A stretch of 64,000 nucleotides of DNA from Owenia fusiformis (Eukaryota), in NCBI GenBank assembly GCA_903813345.2, contig CAIIXF020000001.1:37820001-37884000 (forward strand), written 5' to 3'. Within the stretch, counting starts at the first letter, position 1. Every line of letters begins with the position of its first letter. Below the pieces are notes generated by a model. That model made no database searches, was not told the DNA's origin, and worked only from the letters and a program-made list of their open reading frames with translations. Of this stretch, positions 53,366 to 64,000 are shown piece after piece. Both the position numbers and the translations under genes were made by a program.

Positions 53366-53844
53366 TTCATTAATATGTCCTTGTCCAGTATTGCATTATA
53401 TCGTCTGATTTGCAAGTGAATCAAATGTCACTCTATCTGTCTATTACATTCCCTTTGTATGTTGTTGTCACTACTTACAGTACCTTAAAACACTTAATAA
53501 TTGGTACACTTAATCCCTTAAAAGCCCCGGGAAAACTGAAAACGTTTGCGAACGAATAGTTCAGGAACTTATATAGATGATTCTGGCGTATTCGTTAGCA
53601 AACGCTTAGCTTTTCTTATGATGCTGACACACCTTTGTGCCAAAAATGCCATGAAGATTCTACCTACAACTCTAAAAATCATGGGAGAGAAAAGAAAACA
53701 CGTACATCCGGGGCTGCGTTTTTGAAGAGTTCCATCACATTGATTATATCTGTAATTTTCTACAAACTGAACCTGGGGGCCGTTGCTCGAAGAAATCGTT
53801 ATCAACGAATCGTGACAAGAACAGGAAAATAAAAGCACCCACCA

Positions 53845-54217
53845 CATCATAAAAATTCTTAGATGCTAACTCTGTTAGCAAAGTAAATATGCTCTTGCAT
53901 GGTAACAGCGAACTTAGTAATGAAGATAATACACTTCTGCTGAAAGCAACTTTAAAATTCCTAAAAGCAACCAAGATTGACTAACATGTTATACACCATC
54001 CCATAATTTACACCACTGCACACCTTTTTTTGTAAAGCATTCCAATATCAGCTTTAATTGTACTTTTTCCTTTTTGTTTATATATGAATAGTTACGAATA
54101 ATTGTAACAAATTTGTATTGCATATAAGTGTATGGTATATTTACCTTGTTGAATTTCCATTGTATGAAATTAAATGTTATAATATATGAACTTGAAATAA
54201 AAATGATTAATAAAAAA
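53845..54217 (+). mobile_element. 3' remnant of a CR1-like LINE
   Basis: Encodes MLLHGNSELSNEDNTLLLKATLKFLKATKID*, resembling CR1-group ORF2 C-termini, followed by an AT-rich 3' UTR ending aataaa...aataaaaaa. Confidence 0.6.
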
Positions 54218-56924
54218 CCACATCATACAGCTGAAGCGCTAAATTGAAAATGAAAATACATACAAAATACATGCCATGAATTGGTGTAGCCTAAATAGCG
54301 GGAAAGGTGTTTCACTTTTTGAAAATGTGCTAGCCCTTCAAAATAAAAAAAAACATTGTTGAACTACTCAAGTTGAAAAGAAGTATGTTTCTTGTTTTGA
54401 ATGTCGTATTTCTTATTTTGGTTTCAATAAGAACTAAAACTTTAAAACATTGTTTCCCCTGCATCACTTTTTGCACTTACTTCTCAACAATTTTTGATTT
54501 TTCTAAATACAATTAAGGATTAGAATGTACACTATGCCATGTATGCATTGGTGTAGAGTATTACTTATCAGAACAGTTGTGCACACAACTGAAACGTGAT
54601 TTTAAATAGTATCACAGAACTTTCTAACAAAAGTGACACATTTAACAAAATTGGGTCAGACTTTTGTGCGTGTTGCTTGTCAAGCTCAGCGACACTTTAC
54701 ATGCGTCACCTTAACATTTATAATGATTCAAAATAGACATTTAAATGAGTAATTATACGAGTATGAAAACTGATCGAAAAGATCAGTAAGTAGAAATGCA
54801 TCAAGCGATACCATGGCTCACCTTTTTATTTTCATTCTTTGGACGCTTGAGTATCCTCCATTTCACATTGTTTATTGAAATAAGTTTAATGTTTTTAAAT
54901 GGCAATTCTCTTTCATTTTGTTGTGTTGAAGCAGCTTACTCTATCGGTGTGTATATTGTTCGTAATTAGTTTAGAAATTGTATTGATTTGAAAGCAAATA
55001 GGATTTAAAACACTGCAACTGCACTGTGGATTTTGCAAGTGAAATCATGCCGACATTCAAACGGTAACAGATGTTTGTAACAAACAAATTAATAGGAAAA
55101 ATCAGGCCAGTCAATAAGCAGCTCAATAGCTCCAGATGATGCTGTATCAAAGATATATGCAAATGTACTTTGTCAAGCATGGGCAACCTGTTGCTTGTAT
55201 TTTTTTAAACGATGCACTTACAAGCGTGACTGTCTAATAAGATGATTTAATATTCAAATAAAATGCTAATATATTCCTATGTACAATGCAACCTAATTAC
55301 TAAAATCCTGTCACACGCACCTTTACTTCTTTGTTTGTTTTATAAAAGTTCATATTTTCTGTTAAAATACTTTTTTAACTGAAACCACACAGGTATGATT
55401 GAATTTAATTGTGTTGTTAAAACATTTTCATACCAACAATTATTTTCCATTGCTTGAGCCAATGCAGTATTATATATTCGATAATTTTCTTTGAACTTCA
55501 AGCATGTGTACTGAACTAAAATACTCAAATCATCAAATTTCTCAACTCATTTTCGCGACTGGAAAGTAGGGTGGTCGGTAAACCATGTGATAAATCTATA
55601 TTAAAACATTATTAATCTCACTTCAATATTGATCTTGACCTCCAATGACCTTGTAAAAAGTTCAATGAATATGACTCTCCATATTGAGACTTGTTTATTC
55701 ATTCTCATATCTAATGAACAGCTACCTTGTGAACCAAGGGCCTCAATTGTGAACATATCCTTTTTATTTAAGGTGAATATTAAAAGTAAAGCATAAAAAG
55801 TACATAATGATGTTAAGAATTCAATGAAAAGTATACTTTAGTATCAAATAAAACTGTCTTACCATTGCATCCACTGACTTGTAAAAATACTTTTACAATG
55901 TACTCACAAGTGAAAATCCAGATGCGTGCACGAAATATATCCTTTGGTGTATTTGGCGACATTAACAGCGAAATTAAGGTTTATTTAATAATTGAGTTTA
56001 CAATTAATTTACAACTGATATAATCATTTCTTGAGGGCTTTGCATAAAAAGTCACATCATATTCACGATCATGACTATTCCTATCTCGTCAAATTTAAGT
56101 GCTAATATCAAATCGATTGCATGTTCAAAACGGAACAGTTTAAATAAAAATATGCCCACCAAATAAGTAGTCATGAACGGTGTACACTTACATTATATAA
56201 CGTTTCGGTCAAGCAAGTGACCACTTAGTATTATAATATCACCCGAAAAGAATAATTGCCCGTGGAGAATAAATTGCTTATGCTTAATAAAAGGCTTGCA
56301 CCATGGCCTAAAGTATATCAATAATAGTTTTGCGAAGATTTGATAACAGATTATGATCATGATATAATAAACGATTATGAGATTATCAGTTGTTGGGTGT
56401 GGCACAAGACCAAAACTTGAGAAATTCCTTTTCAAGAAATTTCTTGTAAACGTATAATTAACTTGATGATTATATATAAATCTTATGAATAATGCCTATG
56501 AATAATATATAAATATAAAATGACACTTACCACTAAGAGACAAACGTTTCAGCAACAGAAGTTCTGTGATCGTGAGAACAGTAAGTACATATAAACCTAC
56601 ATGTAAATGACCATGTGACCTCAATGCTATTCAATTCAAAGCCGTACCTATGTTTAGGCATGTGCACACAATTTGTTTAAATATTAGATTAGTATGGGAC
56701 TTTCTATAGAGGCGATAGAATGTATACAATGATCGAAGGACTTGATTCATTGACTAATACCGGGAACACATTTACTTGCAAATAGAAACTCAGTACTTGC
56801 GTTGGTGTAATCTTAGATTCTGCAATCATTTCCAAGGATGCCCCACAGAAGGAAATTCAAGTGTATATAAGGAAAGGAACGAAAAACTCATACGATTTTT
56901 GCCTATTTTAAAAATCGTGTTTAT

Positions 56925-57525
56925 ATTAAAGTAAAATTTTAAATGTTTGGAACTACTTTGAATTTAAAAAATAAGCAATCAAATAACTGACTATATGGCG
57001 AGAGCCGGCGAGAGTATATAAAGAAAAATAGAAACATATGTACTTGTCCTAACTTTTCAGATAGTTACACATAATGTGTAGTAAAGCAATGGCCTTTTGT
57101 AATTTAGGGAGTTTCAGCCATGTTAATTTTTCCGAAAATAACATGGCAGAGAAGCATCGAAATATAAGAGACCACAGATATGATCTGAGGCCCGGGAATA
57201 CGTTAAAAAATGTTCAACCCCCTCCCCCCTCCCCCCCTCCCCCCCCCCCCTGGTGTACTGAGTTGGTAATGCGTGGTGTATACATGTATATTATACTTAT
57301 ATATATCTTTTACTTATAGATTACTTACATGTATTTTTTATTAATGACTATATACCCGAGCCTCAGGATATGAAAGCTAAACTACAAAACAAACTAAAAT
57401 ATACAAAATTTAGGACATGTATAAATGTTTCTATTTTTACATAAACTGTTTCAATATGATCCTTTGATTGCTTATTTTTTAAATTCAAATTAGTTCCCAA
57501 CATTTAAAATTTTAATGTACTTTAT
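56925..57525. repeat. Degenerate palindromic element
   Basis: 56933-56982 inverted at ~57465-57513; 57030-57056 inverted at ~57407-57433. Confidence 0.45.
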
Positions 57526-57723
57526 TTTGCATCCGCTAATTTGACAATTAGCTGTGTATGTAGAACAAACAAAAGCATATTAGCTATCGTGCTTGTTTTA
57601 TATTTGTAAGAAAAAAATCGCATCTAAAAACCAGTCTGTGTTTCGTTGATCTATGATGCAAGAGAGGGCCATGGTATTCCATGATGTCATAATCTTAATA
57701 TAAATCAATGTGAAATGAAAGTA

Positions 57724-58600
57724 CACTCCCCTCCATAAGTTTGGCAACCTTAGCTCCCCCATTAAACTACGTGTTAAAGCCTCTTTACCTTTGAATTTTT
57801 ATTTACTTAACCGGAGATGAAAATATACTTATACCATTGATGGAAACGTAATTTGACTTTATTTCCAATACCTCCAAATTTTCTAAATTTTTTTCCTCAA
57901 TCACAATAAGTCGAAAATTGATGATAAATTTGATGAATTTTTGAAAATCGACATTCCCATGTTAACCAATGGGAAATGGTAGGTTTGCCGCAAGTCATAT
58001 GACAGAATATCCATCCATCCGAGTCCTTGCAAAAAAATACGATTAAGGCAGGAAATTGAAATTGCTAACTTTATTTAACAAAAAATTGATATGTTTCTTC
58101 AGTTCTTCAGAAGTTATAGGGCTTTAAAGTCAAAATTGTTTTTCAAAAAACCTCTCCCATTGAAATAACACAGGAGGCGAAAAATTATTTTCAAAAATGA
58201 CTTTGAGGCGCTGTAACTAGTATTTATCAAATAAACCAAAAACTTAGTGTACATAAAAATTAGACAATTCAATTTTCTATATAAAAATATTTTTGCTGAA
58301 TCTTTTACTGAAAAGCTATCCTGATATCTATTTTGCCCCGAACCCTCCTTTTCCCATTGGATTACATGGCAATGACGATTTTCAAAAATTCATCAAATTT
58401 ATCATCAATTTTCGACCTATTGTTATTGAGGAAAAAAATTGAGAAAATTTGGAGGTATTGAAAATAAAGTCAAGTTACGTTTCCATCAGTATTATTATTT
58501 ATTTCATCTCCGGTTAAGTAAATAAAAATTCAAACGTAAAAAGGCTTTAACACGTAGTTCAATGGGGGAGCTATGGTTGCCAAACTTATGGAGGGGAGTG
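57724..58600. mobile_element. Tc1/mariner-type MITE with ~250-bp TIRs, TA TSD
   Basis: TA|CACTCCCCCTCCATAAGTTTGGCAACC...GGTTGCCAAACTTATGGAGGGGAGTG|TA. Confidence 0.85.
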
Positions 58601-58610
58601 TATCATCAAA

Positions 58611-58882
58611 TCACGCCCGTTGATCGGGAAAATGGGACGGATGGGGGGAGTTGGGACTTTCTTCTAGAAAATTCAACAAATCTGGAAGATTTAATTTTTC
58701 AAGAGATATGATAAGGTTACTATTGAACTGCTGAATGGATAGGCGCACATTATGGTAAAATAAGAATGGGTCTTCTAGGATTTTTTGATTTTTTAATAGA
58801 TTCCAGATTCCTTGAGATTTCTAGCAGAAATTGCCTGCCCCCCCCCCCCCCTCCGTCCCGTTTTTCCGATCACTGGGCGTGA
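58611..58882. mobile_element. MITE with G/C-run TIRs
   Basis: tcacgcccgttgatcgggaaaatgggacgga...tccgtcccgtttttccgatcactgggcgtga. Confidence 0.65.
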
Positions 58883-59369
58883 AAATTAAAATATTAAATC
58901 TACTGTTGGGACATGTGGGGTGAGTGTTTCAGTTTCACGGTGATTTATTATATCGAAGCCAAAGCCACTGGACTGCAACTCGACCCTTCCTGACATAGAC
59001 TGACAAATCCAGATAATTAGTTTCGGTGACGGAGAGATTACTTTGTATCCATATCCAATGGTATGCAAAAGTAGAATTGCTTGAACAGCTATAAAGGTGA
59101 AAATCAAAATGCTGCTACTGTTTCAACTAAATCTGGACAACTGGTCAATTTCCAGTTGCAAAAACTGTAATAGTGGATAGAGAGTAATCTCTTTGCCAAA
59201 GAATGGACACTATTCTAACATGTAATAAATATCTGAATTAGTCAATTTTGTGGACAATCGTGGTTAGCATGACCAATTGATCCTCAATTTTGGCGCTTGA
59301 TCGCAGTCAAAAGTTAAGCGAGTCGCTGTCCGTTATGTACAGTAGCTTCGATATCATAAATCATCGTGA

Positions 59370-60945
59370 GATTCACATTTAACACAATCATGGGCATGGA
59401 ATGTAACATGTGCACACATTCAGCACAATCATGGATAGACTATGCCGGCAAAAAGCACGTATAAAGCAAAATGATCAATCACGGGTGGACAGCAGATACA
59501 ATACGCATGCACATAAGCACAATCATGAGCGGTATGGAACATTCATTTATGCGCACACATTTAGCACAATCATTGGAAGTAGTTGCAAAACGTGGATACA
59601 GAAACACAACCATAGTCAGAGGACACAACATGTGGCACATTTAGCACAATCCATGTCATAAATAGACCTACAAATACATTAAGCTCTATCGTTGTCGGAA
59701 GATGCAACTTGTACACACTTTAGCACAACCATTGGAGGAAATACACGTACATACATCACCATAGGCGGAAATGCAACGTGCATACATATTTAGCACAATC
59801 AGGGGAAGAAGATGCAATCCAGTGTCATCATAGTTCTAGTCTGTCAGAGATGTGTTTCAACAGACTAGAACTACTGGACAATACAGACAACACAACATGC
59901 TTATAATAATTGAAACAATGATTGAAAGGAAATGCAAAAGTAATGCACATTTATCACAAGCATGGGCATGAGTAAATGCAACATTTTTACACATTTAGCA
60001 AAATCATAGGCGTAGCCATGGGTTGTGATGGAAAACAAAACCAATAAAAATAAAACCATGCAACATATACCCACTAGGGTGTCTAGCGGCTTGTTTTTAT
60101 AGTGTGTATTATATAAGAATTATGAAATAATAAAAAAATTGAATTGAAAAAAAGATAGAAGAAGAAAAGAGCTTTAAAATGCTTTTTATTTGAAATTTCT
60201 AGTTCAATTTTTTAAGAAGTTGCATCATTTTTTGTAAAATTCAAAACAAATCTTTAAAAAGATTTTTTGGCTGGCTTATGCCACGATTGCACCCCCCCCA
60301 GACTGAAAACTGGCTACGTCGCCCCTGAAAATCATTGGATACTGTATTAACTTTCTCCCATCATTGGTAGAAATTGTAACGTGTAAACACATTTAGCACA
60401 ACCATGTGTAAAAATGCAACATCATGATTAGAAGGTGAAAGATGCATATTTAGCACAATCATAGGCAATAGACGCTACACAAAGCACAATCATGGGTAGA
60501 AAATGCAACATACTTAGAGGTTATGTCACTATCGTGGCATATATGCCCGAGGTCTCAGTGATATATGGCCCGACCTTGGGAGGGACATTGATCTCTGAGA
60601 ACCGAGGGCATATGTGCCACGATAGTGACATAAACGATTTATAACATACCTATGATGATGTAGACTGGTCAGAGAGTACCGTTTTGTTATAGAATTGACA
60701 AACAAATGGTTTGAAAATGATTGAAATGAGTTTAGAAAAATTGCTCGCGCAGTTTCATCTTCGATTGATTGGTTATGACGTCAGCGCCTTGACCAATCAA
60801 AATGTTAGCGGGCGCGGGCTTTTCAAAACTTATATTGGCCCGCTGTCTTGTGTACACTTTGCACTATACATCATCATAGGTATGTTATAAATAGGCCTAC
60901 AGTTCAGTAGCACAATCAGGGCAATACATTGAGCACAATCATGAG
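59370..60945. repeat. Degenerate tandem repeat (core cacatttagcacaatcatgg), interrupted by insertions
   Basis: Core motif recurs many times with irregular spacing. Confidence 0.6.
60519..60890. mobile_element. 372-bp double-inverted-repeat element, Crypton-like non-autonomous (copy 2)
   Basis: Same length and orientation as 44316-44687. Confidence 0.65.
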
Positions 60946-61534
60946 CGAAATATGCTAGAGCAATACATCAAACATGGAAACTGTGGGGTGGCACAGACTT
61001 AGTTTGCACAAAGCTCTCTCCTGGGAGATAGCATCTATCTAAAGATGGCTATGTGCACAGACTACGAATGCTTAATATTGGCTTATTAGCCTTTTGCAGA
61101 TTATTGACATAGACATGCAGTTGAGAAACATGTTTCTTTGGGAGGTATTTCCTAATAAAAAAATTCTGATATTTGTGCTACAAGTGTTTGTAAAAACAAA
61201 ACCACGTGATAGCAAACAGGCTAATGCAAAGATTCATGGCACTGGTAGCAGCTTATCTCGTTCCAAAACTATCTCTTAGTCTAGAAACGGGAAGAGGATT
61301 CAGTAGCAGCCATGATTCAAACTCGATGCGATCTTCCATTGTCTGCTGGCGTGGATCAATTTGGTAACACAACTACCCATATGTGGAAGCACTGCCATGG
61401 GAGTATAATCGTGCACAAATGTTCATCTCCCGACTAAATACTTGAAACTGAATTTCTTTGAAATATTATTACTGAATTGGTCAGTACCATTCAACGGAGG
61501 ATCGAGCTTGAATCAATTCCCATTTTGTTATGTT

Positions 61535-61589
61535 ATTGGTTTGACGTCATTGCCGCCATTCTTGAAGAAAAGTTTTTTCGCGGGTAAGT
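61535..61589 (+). promoter_or_regulatory. Candidate promoter / first-exon end of the plus-strand gene
   Basis: ATTGG (61535), CRE TGACGTCA (61542-61549), YY1-like GCCGCCATT (61552), then donor CGG|gtaagt (61583/61584). Confidence 0.5.
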
Positions 61590-62066
61590 TTTAAAATCAA
61601 CATTTTCGCCAATTTTATCCGAAATATGGTAAATCATCACACCTACAAATCTCACCATGCCCCATCGAGCCCGGACTATTAAGCCTAGGGACCATAGGCC
61701 AAGGGTAAAGTCTAATAGTAAGCCGTATATAGAAGAGACAGGTCCACAAGTAAGATTGAAAATTTTTCAAATTGGCACTAGGTGTTCTCCTTACTGGCAC
61801 TAGTTCTCCTTACTGGTATCAAATTGTATTCCCAAATCTCTCCAAAATCTTCTTCAAAGTGTTTTTCAAACTTATATCATTGTTTTTTCAAATCTTTATC
61901 TAAAAACTGCATATAATACTGCATATAAAACAACAACTATGGATATCTGCAATTGCCTGGCAAGCTGAAACTGATTGTCACTGGTGGAGTTCAGGGAGGT
62001 CAGCAGTGACCAATCAGATCACTTGTTTACTAATGAACTTGCCAAGCAATTGCAGGTTTTCAGATA

Positions 62067-62583
62067 CTGTACGCCCAGTATTATTCGCGAGCTTTAATTT
62101 CGCGAATTTTGCGAAAACACGGTTTCGCGGCTATTAAATTTCGTGAAACTGTCGATTCGGAGATTTTGAAGTGTTTAGCAGCGCTTGAATTGCCATTCAG
62201 TAATGCGTGCCGGGCTATGTTTGCCCTTTCTGCATCGTTATACACCTTACATGTCCCGGAATTGGACTTCATGTTATCTTTTGCAATTTGCACTTCATTT
62301 GCAATGATGTCATCGATATCATTATTAGGCCTACTGGTGGTACTGGGCCGAATCAGCCAACGTAAAATGGACATTACTGAAGTCCTGAAGATCGTGGATA
62401 TCCAATTATCGCCCAATAACACTAGACGAAACGTTTACACAAAACGAAATGCATCAGAGCCCCGGGTAATAACAAATTCCCAGGGATTTAATTGGCAATT
62501 TCGCGACGATAATTTTTCGCAATTCTAACACCATCGCGAAAAGCGCGAAAGTTAATCGCACGCGAATAATACCGGGCGTACAG
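62067..62583 (-). mobile_element. pogo/Tigger-like internal-deletion derivative retaining part of the transposase HTH
   Basis: TA|CTGTACGCCC..TATTATTCGCG / CGCGAATAATACCGGGCGTACAG|TA; ORF 62081-62422 contains YNDAERANIARHALLNGNSSAAKHFKISESTV. Confidence 0.8.
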
Positions 62584-63377
62584 TATTCTCTCTTTTAGAC
62601 AGCATTATTCACTCTATATCATCTGACTGAGTTTCAATCTTAGGTAAGAGCTACAAACTATCAATTTTCTATCAACTCCCCATGGCTTTGTGAAAATAAT
62701 ACACTAAATATTGTTGAAATCTCCATCTTAACAAGTGGTCTAAGTCAGAGTTGTTCAATTGTCTTTTCTATATACAGCTTACTATTACTTTTCCCTTGGC
62801 CTATGCTAGGGACGTAGCCGCTAGCCAGCAATTTCTCACTGGCAGATCCAGGGGGAACCCAGAAAAAAATTTTAGCCTCAAAAAATGGGCATCTTTTGGC
62901 ATAATTTGGTCTATTTGGTCTTTTTTTAGGCCAAATTATCAAAAATGGGCCCAATTTTTTGTTTTAGGGCCCCCTCCTTGTTAGCTTCTGGATCCACCAG
63001 TACAGTGCTTCTAGTCTACTACTTGGTGAATGAAGTTCATCATTCTAGACCACGGACCTCTGCCAGATAAGCTCCTCTGTGTCTAGGCTCAATAAATATC
63101 TTATCTTCCCATTTATCCTTTGAGCCTACTACTGACCTGCCAACAGGGGCTGGATCTGGCTCCGGATCTGTGTTCTAGACTACTGCATGATGTTACGCCT
63201 GCTTTGGATAATTTTGATATTTTTACATATTTTAGATTTAAATGTCCTCTTTTGAATATTCATAACCAGGTGTTATTAATTTCTATATATTTTTCTTCGA
63301 AATGTTAATTCTTATGTTATAGAAAAAAAGAAAAACTTCCTGGCACTTCCTGGAAGTTCCTGGCACTCTAGATTAAC

Positions 63378-64000
63378 ATGGATCACACGAAAGCACAGCC
63401 ATCAAAAAACACAACTCTACCTTTATCTGAAAAATCTAGTGTCATTCATACAAATGATGATACGGATCCCAATATAAATCTTGACGATGACATTGCCATT
63501 ACACAACATGAGGCTGTTAACATGGTTCAAGATGATTGCGACATTGCAAATGCTGGTGATGGTGAACATGCTGAACAACTGAATTTAAGTTCTCAATGTA
63601 TGGACATTGATAAAAAAGAAGGTACTTAATCATTAGTGTAACACCTGTTGAATTTTCCTAGAGTCCTTTGTTGTATCATTGAAGTCTCTAAGATATTTTT
63701 TGTTTCCTAGTTTGAGAGATAATTTAAGTTCATAAGAGCGTTAAATGCTAACTGTGATGATTAGGCTTAGGAAATAACTTGGCCTTGGATATTTTATTTC
63801 AGAAGGCCATACTGGGAACCAGGATCTTGAAGGACCAACATTGCGAGACATCATGTACTTTAGGGATCATCTTCTTGAAATGGTAGAGGAACTTCGCATA
63901 AGAAGGGTAAATGTTTTATGTGACACTATTAATTAAAATGCTTTATGTTAATCAACATTCAAAAAATCATTCTTTTTGTTTCACTAGGTGACAAGAGAAG
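63378..64000 (+). CDS. 5' coding exons of a CCDC73-like coiled-coil protein (63378-63621, 63803-63906, 63988-edge)
   Basis: GT-AG sites join in frame; IMYFRDHLLEMVEELRIRR resembles the CCDC73 N-terminal motif LLEALEELRMRR (recalled, not searched). Confidence 0.55.

Noticed and set aside
55860..56600. Possible additional upstream coding exons (e.g. MSPNTPKDIFRARIWIFT; LYVLTVLTITELLLLK) next to donor-like sites
   Set aside because: The exon at 47162-47248 already supplies an ATG and signal peptide; no supporting homology; donor-like motifs occur by chance

Overview
Eukaryotic, AT-rich, intron-containing sequence, most likely from an invertebrate animal (inference). About three quarters of the window is one giant minus-strand gene: ATG at 47243, running off the left edge. 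I reconstruct 47 coding exons: a signal-peptide exon, 30 von Willebrand factor A (VWA) domain exons with intact MIDAS motifs, and 16 Thr/Pro-rich linker mini-exons. All internal exons are phase 1-1 and together give about 6,160 aa before the window ends. 25 of the VWA exons lie in a near-identical 1,885-bp tandem array (VWA-A exon, VWA-B exon, Thr exon, plus their introns; about 12.5 units, 5362-40504). One intron of the array carries an 11.9-kb insertion (8405-20349) with ~1.34-kb terminal inverted repeats and a 4-bp TAAC duplication. Nested inside it are a structurally complete DIRS1-like tyrosine-recombinase retrotransposon (10698-16128; gag, RT/RNase H/methyltransferase-like, YR; ITRs, ICR, ATT junctions, an HIV-like slippery site) and an Academ-like MITE. 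The right third holds MITEs, LINE remnants, a 67-bp minisatellite, two copies of a double-hairpin Crypton-like element, and the 5' exons of a plus-strand CCDC73-like gene. All coordinates and alignments were read by eye; no searches were run.
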